DNA from: Zootoca vivipara
Lineage: Eukaryota
DNA length: 64,000 nt
Reading direction: 5' to 3'
Assembly: GCF_963506605.1 (NCBI RefSeq)
Contig: NC_083291.1
Coordinates: 22,010,001 to 22,074,000 of the forward strand
Shown here: one piece after another, positions 1 through 13,440 of the stretch
How positions within the stretch are numbered: position 1 is the first letter of the stretch
How the letters are laid out: each line of letters opens with the position of its first letter
Made by a program: the position numbers and the translations under genes
The notes under the pieces: model-generated
The model's input: only the letters and a program-made list of their open reading frames with translations
Database searches by the model: none
Told to the model about the DNA's origin: nothing

Positions 1-1482
1 GAAAGACCTTTCTTTTTCTCGGGAGCCGGCAGCCCAGAAAACCCAGTGAGCTGACCAGGATTTATAGTTAAATTTTATTTCTATCTTTATCTCTGGACTT
101 TTTGGGAATTTTTTTTTGGTTTATATGCTTTTGAAATGTGAGTTCGAATTTTATTTTTAAGAATGCAGCCAGCTTGTTAAAATGGAGTCGAGAAAATAGA
201 CTGCGATCATATTCCACCCCATGTGACAAGTTTTGACCTTGACAGGACTGAACTATGTCAACAAAAAGGTACCCGCCTGAGTTTCAGCGGACTGTTTTGA
301 CCTTAATGTGGGAAACAAGAATAGAACTATGTCAAGAGGAGACACAACGGCTAGTGTTACAGCAACAATTCCAGATTGTGATGACAGAATATGATTTCCT
401 AGAAGATGAAGCTTTTGAAACTGAAGAAGATGAATGTGAGAATGACAATGATGACGACTGTGATGATTTAACACAAAATGAAGCCCATCACGAAAAAAAT
501 GATGATTTTACTCTACAAAAAGTTGGATGGAGTGCCTCCCCTTCGAGGGGGGCACGACTGGATTTACTGGAACTCCAGAATGACCACAGGGAAGAAGGAA
601 AAATTAAGCAGAGAAGAGAAGAAGCTCAGGGGTCTGATATGGAGGCCTGGATGGCAAAAGACTGCAAACAGGGGGTGGGGTGAAGGGAAAGTGAAGTGGT
701 GATTGTAAGGATGGGTTAATAGGACTATAACTGGACTGCTGACTATGGAACTTGCTGGATTGGAGGGGTGGAGCAGGTACTCGGGGGGAGTAAGGTTAGT
801 TTGGGAATAGTTATAGGTTTAAAAAGTGAATTGATTCTGGAAAAAGGTGAAAATATGGAGGCCTATAGAGGGGTAAAAATTAGGCACGGGAAGAAAAAAT
901 GGGAGTTTGATTTCTCAGTGATTGGACAATAGGCGAAAATGATAATAGTTTAAAAGTGGTATAAGATATAAAGGTGTATGTTATAAAATATGAACTATGA
1001 AACTGTTGAAGATGATAAATAAGGGAGGAAAACCGGGGAAGGGTGGGAGGGTGGGGAAGCCCACAAAATATGGTTTAACAATTATGAATTTAACAATTAT
1101 GATGAATTTTTTTTTTTGTCTTTTTTCCTTTTTGTCTTTTTTTTTCCTCTTCTCTTTTTTCTCTTTTTCTCTTTTTGTATTTTCTTTTTTTTTTTGGTAT
1201 GACAATAGATGGTTGGATGGATGAACTCCTGCGTACTGCCCTGGTTCACTGGAGCTCCCTGGTGGCAGGGGGGGGCTTGGGGGGCAGGGGAGGGGGAGGA
1301 GGACAGAAACCCAATCATAAAATGGACCACTTCTGACTGATCACCTGCGTGGGATACTTCTGTGGCAGGGGAGGACCCATGGAGGGGGGTGGGAAGAAGG
1401 TGGAAAAGGTGTTTATGTATGTACCATCTTTTGTAATTTGTAAAAACCAATAAAAATTATGTTTAAAAAAAAAAAAAAAAAA
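1..1482 (+). mobile_element. Poly(A)-terminated L1-like non-LTR retroelement (5' end outside the window; no RT visible)
   Basis: Purine-biased plus strand, T-rich tract at about 1107-1195, and an end reading AATAAAAATTATGTTT plus an A-run at about 1449-1482. Contains a 142-aa acidic ORF (255-683). Confidence 0.5.
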
Positions 1483-1903
1483 TAAGTTCATTTCATGCCA
1501 CTATCTCATATGCATGCAGAAAACAAAAGGCCTTCTTTCACTGGATCCAGATCTAAGGCTCTTCTTCTGTACAAATTTTCTAGGAAGTGCCAAACTTGGA
1601 TACAACAGTTGACCTTCCATTGTCGCCACTAACGTTCTCCATGTGTGTGCAAGTTTGCCAGTCTCTGTGAAACTCACATAAAGAGAACCGACTCAGCACC
1701 ATTGTTCTATTAGTTTGATGTCTGCCCTCTGTCTATACACAGACATTTCTGGGATATAGGAATGCAGCAGGCCCCTGTGTATACCTCCTTTTGTATAAAG
1801 TGTTGCTCCACCAGTGCCAAGATAAATGCCAGGATCCCTTAAGGTATTGGGAGAGAGTACCAGCTTGATTTTGCATATGATCTTCTCTCTTACTGAACAA
1901 CTA

Positions 1904-2091
1904 CAGTGGTACCTCTGGATACATACCTGATCCGTTCTGGGGTGCCGTTCTCACCCTGAAAAGTATGTATCCGGAGTGGCGCTTCTGCGCATGCGTGCGC
2001 GGCGGAACCCAGAAGTAAACACTTCCAGGTCCGCTGCGTACTTGAGCTGAAAATACGCAACCTGAAGCGGACGCAACCAGAGGTATGACTG
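1904..2091. mobile_element. Tc1/mariner (Tigger/pogo-like) MITE
   Basis: TA|CAGTGGTACCTC ... GAGGTATGACTG|TG: imperfect TIRs with a TA target on the left. Confidence 0.75.
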
Positions 2092-3385
2092 TGCTTGGAT
2101 TGCTTGTGCAGTTGACTGGGGCCTGGACACAATGGAGTCAATTAGTCATCTGCCTTCTCAAGCCTGATTCATGCCACCATTTTCAGGTGTGAAATGTGGG
2201 TTGAGTGAATGCAGCTTGTATGCTGTGCTCTGACCTGCTAATGAAGTTGGTTACATGATTTAGGCACCATTGGACAACCTGCCTGTAAATCAGTCAATCA
2301 TGATATCTGTCTATAGTGATGTAACAAAGACAGTTGCTTCACAAAAGGCAGAGAAGTAAAGAAATTTAAAAATTAGAATTGACCTTGTCAAAAGATGATT
2401 ATGTGAACCAGTCCCTCTGAGTACCAATGTGGAGAGAAGGCTCCTGGGTCATTTATTGGTGTAGAAGACAAAACTTCCAACAGATGAGCTTCCCTCTTTC
2501 CTGAATGATATGCTCCATGTGCCAGATTCTTGCTTCCTATCCTCCTTTGCATCTAGTCGTGATACAGCTATAGGATCACTTCCATAACAATAATGGTAGT
2601 TCTGACTAAACAAGGAAACTGTTTTAATATGGTTAAATCTTTCCAAATGGGCTTCCCCAAGTATTGTTAATTCTCCTGAGAACAAATGACTTCATTGTCT
2701 TAAATAGAGTGCAGTATTTTGCAGAGAATACAAGTGACAAATATCAAGCAGTCAGGCTTTAAAATTGCAGGGAAAAGTGGGTAGGTAAAAACCTATTCTT
2801 AAAACTAAATGGAAGACTTGAGAACAGAATTAAAATGTGACAGCAGGTGGCTGAAGAACAGAATTGTGTTGGACTTTGTCAGCAAAAATTTGATTTTTCC
2901 TTATCTCCTCCTATTGGCAATAGCAGAAACAGAAGATGCTTCCATTTTATGGTTTTGTTTTTTTAAAAAAATGTTGTTAAAGGTACTTTTCTATTGTAAT
3001 TTTCTAAAAATAAAGAAACAATGATTATAACTTATGCCTAAACAACAGTGGCCTCTGTTACAGTGTCTGCTTATCTGATTACCTCTGTTTGAGGAAATAC
3101 AAGTTGTCTATGATAATAGCTTTCTAGGTGTGTTGATCCTGCTAGTGATCTCTGTGTGAGGTCAGGGTGTGTAACCTCTCATAGTATCAAGGAAACAGGA
3201 TTTAAAACACTAACAAAAATCCGCATCTCTGCCTGGATCATGCAGGCATCTGTAATACATTGCCATCCCTTTGCTTGGTAGTTCCCACATGCTGCAGTGT
3301 TGAGTAAACTATTTTAAAAACTAATTATTTAAGCAGACACCAGGTAAGAATAAACCTAATTCTCAGGTCTGCGGTGATTAGTCTG

Positions 3386-3387
<2 letters not shown>

Positions 3388-3429
<42 letters not shown>

Positions 3430-3550
3430 CTTATTATTTATACTTCACCCATCTGGCTGGGTTGCCCAGCTTCCAGGCCACATGCGGTAAATACATAATA
3501 AAAACTTCCTGACACAGGGCTGCCTTCAGATGTCTTCTAAAAGTTGTCTT
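3388..3550 (-). repeat. (AAT)14 microsatellite adjoining a degraded L2 3' end
   Basis: AAT repeat at 3388-3429, followed by sequence similar to the L2 tail at 42407-42545 (ggctgccttcagatgtcttctaaaag). Confidence 0.7.
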
Positions 3551-3931
3551 CAGCCCTCTGCCTGAAATAATCTCTTGCCCAGCTTCAAAGTTACCTGCTT
3601 GAGGAATATATCTGAATTTGAAGCAAGCTTAGAATCCTGGATAATTAACAATTCTTGTCTCACCTCAGGTTCTTCTTGGTAACTGCTTATGTTAAACATG
3701 GTCCATCTTGGGCATGCAAAGGTAGCTGGAAATCCAGTTAGCATGAGCACAGATTGGGGAATGGGCCAAGATATTGAGAACAGGGTAACTACTTTTCAGA
3801 CTCCTGCCATGAAAAAACAGTATGTTGTTTATTCATTCAGATAGGTCTGATTAAGTCACTAAGGCTCGTATTGTTAAGATCTTTATAAAGGAGCTCTTTA
3901 AATCAATGGAACTGAAGAGAAAGCTATAGGT

Positions 3932-4258
3932 CAGGGGTCCCCAAACTACGGCCCCCGGGCCGGATGCGGCCCAATCGGCCTCCCAATCCGGCCCACGACG
4001 ACCCCCGCCGCCCGCTCTTACGGCGTGCGGCGCAGCGACGATCTTAAAAATTGGCAAAAAATCGCCGAAAATCCTTTGTGCGCATGCGTATGGGCCTCTC
4101 CCGACCCGGAAGAGGTCATTTCCGATGCACTTCCGGGTCGGGGGAGGCCCATACGCATGCGCACAAGCGATTTTCGGCGATTTCCCCCCGCCCGTGTGCG
4201 CACGCGCACGCGCTCCCCCGCCCTCCGGCCCGCCGCGCGGTAAGTCTGGGGACCCCTG
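3932..4258. mobile_element. Young hAT (Charlie-type) MITE, CpG-rich, with an internal palindrome
   Basis: TIRs CAGGGGTCCCCAAACT / AGTCTGGGGACCCCTG. Perfect 8-bp TSD CTATAGGT at 3924-3931 and 4259-4266. Confidence 0.92.
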
Positions 4259-7009
4259 CTATAGGTTATTGGTTGGTCTTACCACTATCCCAAACTCTAT
4301 CCAGATTTATATACGTTGATGGCCGGTTTTTTTGTTGCGTAAGAAATAATCATCTGCTTCAATATCTCTTGGCAACAGTGCGCTACAAAAACTAGGGCTA
4401 TACAACCTGCTTTGAGTGCTCAGCAAACAACCCAAGCAAATATTCGGCTGTTTTATCTCCCCATCCCCATATGCTCCCTGGTCACCCATGTTGTAAACTA
4501 AGGCTGCAATCCTGTATTTACTTACCTAGGAGTACCTATGTCTACTCAGAGGTATTTGGGTGATCCTTTTAAGGCTTGCTGGTCATGGCAAGGGCTATTT
4601 GGTGAAGCCAAGTAAAGGCAAATAGATCTCAGGCCCACTGAAAATTCCAACTAAGAATGAAGGACCCAAGATCATGAGAACAGCATCCTTAGAATGCCAC
4701 AATGTTAAAACATCTGCCCATCCACAAATGGATAAAACATTATTTCCAGAAAAAATGTCAGGACTGCATTGCATGTTAATAAATTGGTGAAATGTTCACC
4801 GCAAACAAGGGGGAAGTGAGCATGGCTCATAGTACAGGGGGGAAATGAATAACTTAAATGGAAAATCCTACTGATAACTGGTGCTCATGGAAACAAATGG
4901 GTGCAGAATAGGCATCTAATAGATATGTGAAGCCACACAAAACCTGCTAAATAAGCAGGAATTGTCACAGGGCAATGAGCTGCAATGCACATGTGCAATG
5001 CTTGAGTCTCCATTATTGCTCACCTCTACAATTTCCTTTGACCCCCTTTCATTCATGGTGGGCACCAGCATGATCTTATCAACTCAACATTCTCGACAGC
5101 TTTCTGCCTAGGTATCATTGTCAAACTATACTGCAGAATCATCAATAGGAATCAGTGCCTGAATCTCTCATGAACTTGTCTGATTTTACATCTCTCAACC
5201 GTGAGACTTAACGGCGGCCACATTTAGTTTGGTGGGTCACAAATACAGGAAGCCAGCCTAATGGAACTTGGAACAAGTCAATAGCAGTGCAGTGCTGGCA
5301 TAGCTGAAGTCAACCACTTCATCTCCCACCTCCCAACACACCTATTTCACTCCCTTGATGTGTTACAGATGATACATATGCTCCCCTCCTAAAGCAGTTT
5401 AAGAGGCTGGAAGCTAGCTGAGGAATGAGCATTCCTTACACATATGTTACTTCCTTCTCAGGTGTGAATTTTCTCTTCCCATCTTAATAATAGTTACTGT
5501 TAATGAAACTTCCAATTTATAGCTTCTGAAACCAAGAGGTAACCTGTTGTACCAGGCACTGCTAATAGTAGAAAGAAGAATTCTAACTTGACTGGAGGCA
5601 TCTGTTGGTGAAAAACACCTATTTTTAATCAAGCCAAGGATATGCCTGCTGCTAGTCTCTAGGCAACAGCAGCACACCAAGGAATCCGATCCAGCATATT
5701 AGCAGCTACCTCCGTGTGAGCCATTCAACTGTAAGTAATTGGATGTCACTGCCATCACTATCTCCATGGTTATCCCTAACCTCGAATCCCTTTCCATCAG
5801 CAAGCAACAAGAGCTTGCCACTCCCCTGTGTCATACCACCATCTGCCTGCACTTATAGAAAGTGACAGGGAAAGCCAAATGGGCATTCTTTACACAATTT
5901 GTCTAAGCTCACTTGCCTTTTTCTCCTCCGTTCTCTAAAAGCCTGGAAGGATTGTGATGAATTATAGATCAAATGCATTACAAACTACTTCATGTCAGTT
6001 CTCTCAGGCAACCATGCAAAATCCTGCTGCTACTTCCTTTTTATTCTGCTTTCCCTTCCCCCCCTCCCTTGCCTATAGTTATAAATATCAGGGGAGGAAA
6101 TAAAATTACCCTTCTGTTACACCAATTTGTACAGCAGCATCAAACAGATCTGTATTTGTATTGCCGACCCAATAAACTTCCAAAATTACACTCTCAATTT
6201 GTGATGCCCAAGCTTTTAAGGGTGGCTAGGGACAGACAGCAAGTTGAATCTATGATTTAACAGCTTTGTTGGTTGTAGACCTCTAGGCCCAGTTTTTAAC
6301 ATTCAAAGCTAAATGGGTTGGGTCCTTTGTACCTCAAAGAATACATGCCCGATACAAGCCTCTCCTTTACTGCAAGTTCATTTGAAGAGGCATTACTGCA
6401 CATGTCAATTCCTTATCTAAGGTCAGAATTGGCAGTGGCACTACCCTCAATCTCAACTGCAAACACCATTGCAAGAACGGACAGGCTTTGCCTCACTGTC
6501 TTACAGGTTTTCTAGATTGAGAAACACACTCTTTATTCATTTTAATTATTAAACTTAGGGCGGAGGATTAAGCAAAATACTCCTACCTTCATATATTTCT
6601 GTTTCCCACACAGCCGACAGGCAGAACAGGCAAGATGTTCCTGATCACTCCATAACTGCTGTAGGTCAGATTATTAGGTGGAGAAGAGACCAAGCTCTTC
6701 TGAGAAAGTCACACACAATATCCTAAATCTTAAAATACTACGGTGAAATAATTCAGTTTTAAACTGCAAATAATACAGAGTGAAGGAACAGACTTTCGTT
6801 AAATTAGTATCTTGGTTCTCAAAATAGGAGAATGCCTGCTTTCTGAAGAGTGTATAAAATTGCTAGAGAAGGCAAGAACACCTGATTCCCAACCTTCCGT
6901 ACAGAAAGTTTTTATTTGAGTCCTGAGGTGGGTCAATGAATTTTTTAGAAAAAGAAAATGCCACCTTGTCCCATTATTTTCGCGGTGCAGTTAAGATGGA
7001 AGGAGGAGG

Positions 7010-7170
7010 CTGGAGCTTGAGCCATGAAGCTCTCCAGGTGATTTTGGTCCAGTCACTGTCTCTTAGCCTAGCCTACCTTGCAGGGTTGTGATGAGGATAA
7101 AATGAGGATAAGGAGAACCATAATTCATCACCCTGAGCTCCCTGGAGGAAATGTAAGATATAAATGTAGG
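7010..7170 (+). mobile_element. MIR/CORE-type SINE fragment
   Basis: CORE-like sequence cctaccttgcagggttgtgatgaggataaaatgag. Confidence 0.6.
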
Positions 7171-7581
7171 AAACAAATTTAAATATGCAAAAACCTATTA
7201 TTAGCATGGATATACCAGGAAAAGCTCTAGACAAAATGATTTTGGGGATTGGTTTTGCCTGGCATATGAGGTGCAGCTTTCAAACACAGGCTGAACTGTA
7301 TAAATGACTCAATCCAGTAAACTGCTTAGCCTCCATAATCGGAGTGGAGCTGTTGGCACAGGTGACCAATTGAAACTGTGTACTAAAAATGAATGGAGGT
7401 TTCCAGGGTCTTTGTGAAATATATAAGGAGAATGACCCATGAAAGAAATATATTGTGAACATGGAGGACCATTTTGAATTGTATCCTAACACTTCCACCC
7501 CCACTCATTGTTATTTCCACAATATAGAAAACATCAGGCAAGGAAATATACCCTAAAAGAAATGCCTTGTCTTTCTAGTAT

Positions 7582-7587
7582 TTTATT
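7582..7587 (-). terminator. GTF2E2: Candidate GTF2E2 polyadenylation signal (AATAAA)
   Basis: TTTATT on plus, about 390 nt past the stop codon, followed by U/GU-rich sequence on minus. Confidence 0.55.
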
Positions 7588-7973
7588 ATAAACATGTTTC
7601 CTTGAGAGATAAAACAAACACTCCATTTTATCTCTTAAGTCAACCCCGATGAATAAAAGAAAATACCCACAGAACCCCCCAAAAATATTCAAAGACTTAA
7701 ATGGTGAATACGAACCTTGGCATTACATGCTGAATATATTTAACTCCAATACCAGAGTTCTACAGACAGTGAACAGCTCTGATCCAAGTTCATATTAGCC
7801 AATAAGATAAATATAGATGAACAGTTCATCCTTTATCTCAAGAGCTGGTTCTTCTCGGCTGCTGCAGGACTGGGAGGGGGTAGAACCACTTAACATTATA
7901 CACAGGACACTCGTCCCTCAGAGCTACTGAGCATCTGCATCAAAGCTCACAACAGTTCCTTCCAGAAGGTCCT

Positions 7974-8090
7974 CTACTTGCCCGGAACCACATCAGAGTA
8001 ATCCTTCAAAACTCCAGCCAAATGGTCATTGTGAGTCTTGAACCTCCGTTTCTTCTGAGAAGCAGGTTTCTTTCTCCTTTGAATTGGAGC
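7974..8090 (-). CDS. GTF2E2: GTF2E2 last coding exon ([38 protein letters not shown])
   Basis: Acceptor ttccttttag|GCT, stop TAG at 7976-7974; basic C-terminus of TFIIE beta. Confidence 0.96.
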   Translation of the reverse strand, partial: APIQRRKKPASQKKRRFKTHNDHLAGVLKDYSDVVPGK

Positions 8091-9176
8091 CTAAAAGGAA
8101 AAAATAAGGAATAATCATAATCCTGTTCATTCTTTAAAAATAAAACATTTTCTGCAAACTGTCTTGTAGGATCAGACCAAACGCCCATCTACCCCACCAT
8201 CCTCTCTTGCCAGCAGTGGCCAGATGGTGACCTCTAAGTAGCTCACAAACAGGGCATGACAGTAATACATATCTCTGATGGCTGCCCTGGCTTCCGATAA
8301 CCAGAAATGCAATATCACTGAACATGACATTTTCTTTCATGGCTAACAGAAGTTGAAATATCAATTCTACATGAATTTGATTGCCTGAGAAACACACCAA
8401 CACTAAATCATGACTTAGTGCAGGAGTGGGGAACTTCTGGACTGCAGACCAATCATGGCCCTCCAGGCTAGCCCCCACTTGGCTGAGGAGGCCATTTTGG
8501 GGGAGTCACACCCACACCACCCCTGATGCCATACATCAGCTGGTGGGCGGGTGGGACCATGCCTTCAAATTCCCCACACTTCTTCAGACCTCCATGATTT
8601 GAAGGAAAAGTGTGAAGGGGAGGGATGCATGAAGGTGTGCTGATGGGTGGTACAAGTGTGTGCCTTGCTCACAGTTTTTGAACACACTCCATTATTTCTC
8701 CTTTAAATCTCCATGTATGTACAGTACATAGTAACATAGTCATAATCAATGATTTTGAACAAAATGAGGACTCTCTGTACATGGATGAAAGAAATGCTAC
8801 ATTTTTGACCCTCGTATAGTGAAATAAGGAACAGCCTTGAAAGGTTCCCAGCACTAATCTTATAATCAAGTCTAAACCTAATGTCATGGCACCATGCAAA
8901 AAGAATGAATTTTACTGAGTCCATAAAGGGATCAAATTGCTGTAACCATTTGTCAAATCTCAGGCAAGCATTCCTAATGGTAGGAGGGCAGAGAGACCTG
9001 GGGAGAAGAGGAGGAAGACAACTACCTCATTTATTTGTTGGAAGACAAATACTGATAGTTGCCCTGTAACCTGATTATTTTAAGGGTAACGACAAACCAT
9101 TAATTCTGTCCAGATTAAGTTCTCCTTAACTGACTCAACACTAGAACAAAACATGGAACACTGGCAATTTTCTTAC

Positions 9177-9292
9177 TATTTTCTTTGGTCCAGCCTCCTG
9201 CATGGAAGAAATTCCCTGGCGTTTCAGATACTCTTCTATCTTCTCTTCATCCATGGAATCCACAGGAACACTCCTCCAGAGTTTCTGAAATT
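9177..9292 (-). CDS. GTF2E2: GTF2E2 coding exon ([39 protein letters not shown])
   Basis: cattttag| ... ATA|gtaaga; 116 nt, phase 1 to 0. Confidence 0.96.
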
Positions 9293-11479
9293 CTAAAATG
9301 CCAAAATAAGAATACTTAATTACACATGGCACTGGATAAACAAACAGGAAATGTTTCTCATTGCATTCACAATGCAAAACTTGCAGAGTTTTAAGCAGAT
9401 TGTCAATGACATGGCAGACAAACCATAAGGTTTCAGATTACAGTAGTGAATTGAAAGGTCAATGATGAACACTCCTGGAAGCTGGTTAGAGGGTCACTTC
9501 AGCACAACTGCTTTCAGAAAAGTCTCCCAACCTTTTCAGGATTTATTTTTCCTTATAAGAAATGCATATGCACTTATGCTTAGTGAGTATCAGTTCAGTA
9601 CATTCTAATGATTGGTAGCATATGTTTTATTTTAATGTACGTGGCCTTAAAACTAGACAGCTGCTGCACCAGCATCTCCTCCCACTGACTTCTCAGTAAC
9701 TTCAAGTGAAAAATAAGTGATGTGAAGTCACTGCATTTGTTGTCTCCACATCTCCCACAATGAGGTGGAGTGGAGGCAGAGCGCACTGTTCTCATGTGTT
9801 TTCCTTCCGTAGGTACAGCTGGGGAGAGATGGATTGGCAGCAGACACACGTTTCCTATAACAACTATGGTAGTTTGAGCCTAAAGGAAATGATTAACAAA
9901 CCAAAAGATACATCATGCTTTTATCCAAGTCTCATTAGTGTTGTTGTTTTTTTAACACACTTTTAAAACTAAAAAGCTATCTTGGCCTATGGGTCACAGA
10001 AAATGAAGAAGAGGCCCAAAGCTTCAAAGAGCAGCAATGGTCTGATAACCTGCATGCAACCTGCCTCCATATATCGTTTTAAGTGCTTTTCTGGAATGCC
10101 TTTATCAAGGCAGTGACTGGTACAATTCCACTTCCCTTCATTCCATGGTAATTAACTTCAATAGTGCCTGTCAATAGACCCAGTGCACAACCCATAAATA
10201 AAACCCTAAAACACAAGTCAGAAACCATTTCAGGTATTCCCACATATACCAAGCATTCACATTTTTGATATGATGCTAACCAAGGAAATCCTTTGGACTT
10301 TTCCTCCTTTGGATTTAACATGAAAGTAATGGAACTGGTTGGAGATTAACAAACTGAGGCTCAATTGAGAAAAGGCAGCAGTACTCAGCAGTGTAGCGGG
10401 GGTGGGGACAGAGGGTCTTCCGGGGCAATTACCCTGGGCGCATTGGGGGGGTGCTGCTGACACCGCCCTCCCCGATAAACCCTGTGCTGGTGTCACTCTG
10501 GTGGCTGATGTCACTTCAGTGGTGAGGGCTGGCCAGGCGCAGCAGGCTCCTTTGCCTTCTGTGCCTGGCCCCCTGGTGAGGGCACATGTATCTGACCCGG
10601 ATGCACTGGGAGCATGCTCAACCACTGAGCAGTACTACTGCTTAAGGTTTCTGTTGATCTTGGTTCAGCTGCACAACCTGTATTTGATGGGGCTACACTC
10701 CCCCTTAATGATCAAGTTAGTAGCTAAGGGGAGAAGCCACAAGCTCAGCAAATCTGCCTGGTAAATCAGCCAATCAGCATGTGAATGTTTATGTAACTGA
10801 AGTGAACACGAGACATGTGAACGGAGTATGCAAGTAGTTTACAGAGTGTATTGAACTGAATAAGGTAAAGGTAGAAGATAAAGTATTTGAAATGAATACA
10901 TTTTCATGTTTTTGCAGTTCTTCACTTGTTTTATATTATTTATATTTATATCAGCAATCCTGGGCTGAGAGGAGTGTGGTAGGTTTTGCACACCCAAACA
11001 GTTGCAGAGATTTTGTAAACATGAAGATGGGCAGTATGTGGGATGAGACGACCTTATGAATAAACAAAAACAAAATGAAAATGAAATTCAACAGTGCACT
11101 GTATAACGTCTCACAGCTGCTAAGACAATAAATGCAATTCTTGTGTTTATAGGACATGAATATAGGAAGTGAAATACTGGTATTTTTGGCATTGAAAAAG
11201 AAACAGGGAACAAGCCTGCCAGAAGACAGAACTCTTACAACTCAGAAATTCAGCATTGTTGAAAACACTTGAATAACTTTGCCTAAAAAGAAGAAGCACT
11301 TCCATAAAACATATGAACTTGATCTGGGAGAGAACAGATCACAGATCATAACATGGAATAATGAATTTAAAACCTTTGGGACACTTCTGCAAAAATCTGA
11401 CCTTCCCCCTGCAGCCGCCTGGCAAATCTGAGAATTCAAGTAAAATCTGGCCCAGATGCACAGAGTGCAACCATATCTT

Positions 11480-12452
11480 CTGCAAACACCATACCTTCAC
11501 ATTTGAGAAAACTCAATTAAGTGCCTATACACATTAATATATAACGCATTAAGCCTCAAACTAAACCCAATTAGACACAAGCGGAACAAAGAAATAGAAG
11601 CCCACCTAACACCTGCACAGTGGGAAAAAGTCCTATGTACAACAGCATTAAACTAGTCACCCATGACATTGGACTGAGATTAATCCAACACACAAAAAAC
11701 ACTCCTCCAGGCCTACTGGACACTGGCATGCCTTAAACGCATGGGCATTACACCCATGGATGACTGCTGGAGAAGTAAGCAGCCCACCTAACCCACCAAC
11801 TATGGAGCTACCCAATAATCAAACCCTTCTAGGAATGAAATAAATTTGGTTCTGGAGAAATTCCTGATAATAGGAGGTATCAACAACCTAATCAGCTACA
11901 TACCTAGAGATTATTGAAAATACAGTACAGAAAAGATGGTTCCACCAAGTCACACAGGCAGCAAAAGGCATAACCCTCCAACACTGGAAAGGCTGGATCG
12001 CACCAAACATGGAAAACTGAATATAAGACATCCTCTCCTACAGCTAGCTGCCCATGAGAAAATGCTGCTCTATAAATTACATAAAAAGTCTAGTTTCCAA
12101 GAGAATTGGGAGCACAGCTTTGGAACCTTTCACAGAAAAATACTCACAACCTGAAGAAGTGGGAGCACAGCATAGGGATGGAAACTTCTCTAACTGAACA
12201 ACTGTTAATCTGGGACCCCAAACATCACTGACATTTATTGGCCCATATCCTTATCTGAACATGTAAACCTGAACAATGTGTGTAACACACCAAACAACTG
12301 AACATCAGAAATGGAAATGTTGTAACTGAAAAAGTACAAGAGCAGAGGGAGGAACAGAGGAGAACTGGGGGTATAGGGGGCAGGGATATGGGACTGTTCT
12401 GCTTTATTGTAGTAACATGAAAACCCTAATAATAACAGAAATAATAAAAAAA
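11480..12452 (+). mobile_element. Old degraded L1/Tx1 3' fragment
   Basis: A-rich plus strand with decayed ORF2 C-terminal-like motifs (gactgctggaga ... tggagctacccaataatcaaaccctt) and an A-rich end at about 12440. Confidence 0.45.
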
Positions 12453-12707
12453 GGAATTCTGAGAAAGCCCTGCATTCCCTAAAAAAGACAGGAAGATGCA
12501 TGCAGATCTAGAGAATGGTCCCAGCTGTTCAGAAAATGCTTATTAGCCCCGATTTTCTGATTCCCAGAACCGTATGCCCTCCTATCTACAAGGGGAGAAT
12601 AGCTCACTACAAACAGTTATCATTCACAAGTGGCATTATATCAAGGAAGCTCTAATATTTAAGAATTGGGAAAGCCAACTAGATTTATATTTTGTAATGG
12701 TCTAAAA

Positions 12708-12889
12708 CAGTGGTTCCCAATTGTGGTCCATGAATCCCAAGGGATCTGCGTAACCCACCCAGGGGGTTCGCAACATCATTCACATAACAAAAACTAATAT
12801 ACAAATATAAATATTTTCGAAAGTAGGGGGTTCATGGCTTGGCTTTTGAAAAACGGGGTCCACAGTACTGAGCTAATTGGGAACCACTG
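12708..12889. mobile_element. hAT-Charlie MITE
   Basis: TIRs CAGTGGTTCCCAA / TTGGGAACCACTG. Perfect 8-bp TSD GTCTAAAA (12700-12707, 12890-12897). Confidence 0.9.
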
Positions 12890-13098
12890 GTCTAAAATAA
12901 AGCCTGTAATAAGTTATCCTATAATAGCCATTGCTGACTATTCATATCTGAAAGAAGTAAATATCTTTTTAGCAGAGTTTAAGCTTTAAAAAAATCAGAT
13001 AAATGATAAAATCACAGGTCACAAAAACACACTATTAATGTACCATGACAGATTCCAAAATAAAATTTATACACAATTATTCCCAAAATAATTCCATA

Positions 13099-13440
13099 GG
13101 GATGCAGGTGGTGCTGTGGTCTAAGCCAATCAGAACATCGGCCGTTCAAATCCCCGCAACAGGGTGAGCCCCCACGTTGTATGGTCCCAACTCCTGCCCA
13201 CTCAGCAGTTCGAAAGCACGTCAAAGTGCAAGTAGATAAATAGGTAGCGCTCCGGCGGGAAGGTAAACAGCATTTTCGTGCGCTGCTCTGGTTCGCTAGA
13301 AGTGGCTTAGTCATGCTGGCCACATGACCTGGAAGCTGTCTGTGGACAAACGCCGGCTCCCTCGGCTTATAGAGCGAGATAAGTGCCGCAACCCCAGAGT
13401 CGTCCATGACTGGATCTAACGGTCAGGGGTACCTTTACCT
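13099..13440 (+). mobile_element. Sauria SINE (Squam1)
   Basis: tRNA-like head (ggtggtgctgtggtctaag ... gttcaaatccc), conserved body, BovB-like tail and ACCTTT end. Confidence 0.9.

Noticed and set aside
981-1224. Lys-rich and Phe-rich ORFs
   Set aside because: Translations of a low-complexity T tract within a retroelement.
2180-3350. Possible RBPMS terminal exon or 3' UTR on plus (expected tail-to-tail with GTF2E2); acceptor-like sites near 2187 and 3128, AATAAA near 3009
   Set aside because: No RBPMS coding sequence is recognisable, and UTR-like features alone are not enough.
4018-4395. Overlapping ORFs that look alike on both strands
   Set aside because: Artefact of the MITE's internal palindrome and high GC.
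13012-13407. Recurrent ORFs of type MSDSGVAALISLYRPREPAF (also 21486, 33460, 44297)
   Set aside because: Antisense translations of Sauria SINEs, not a gene family.
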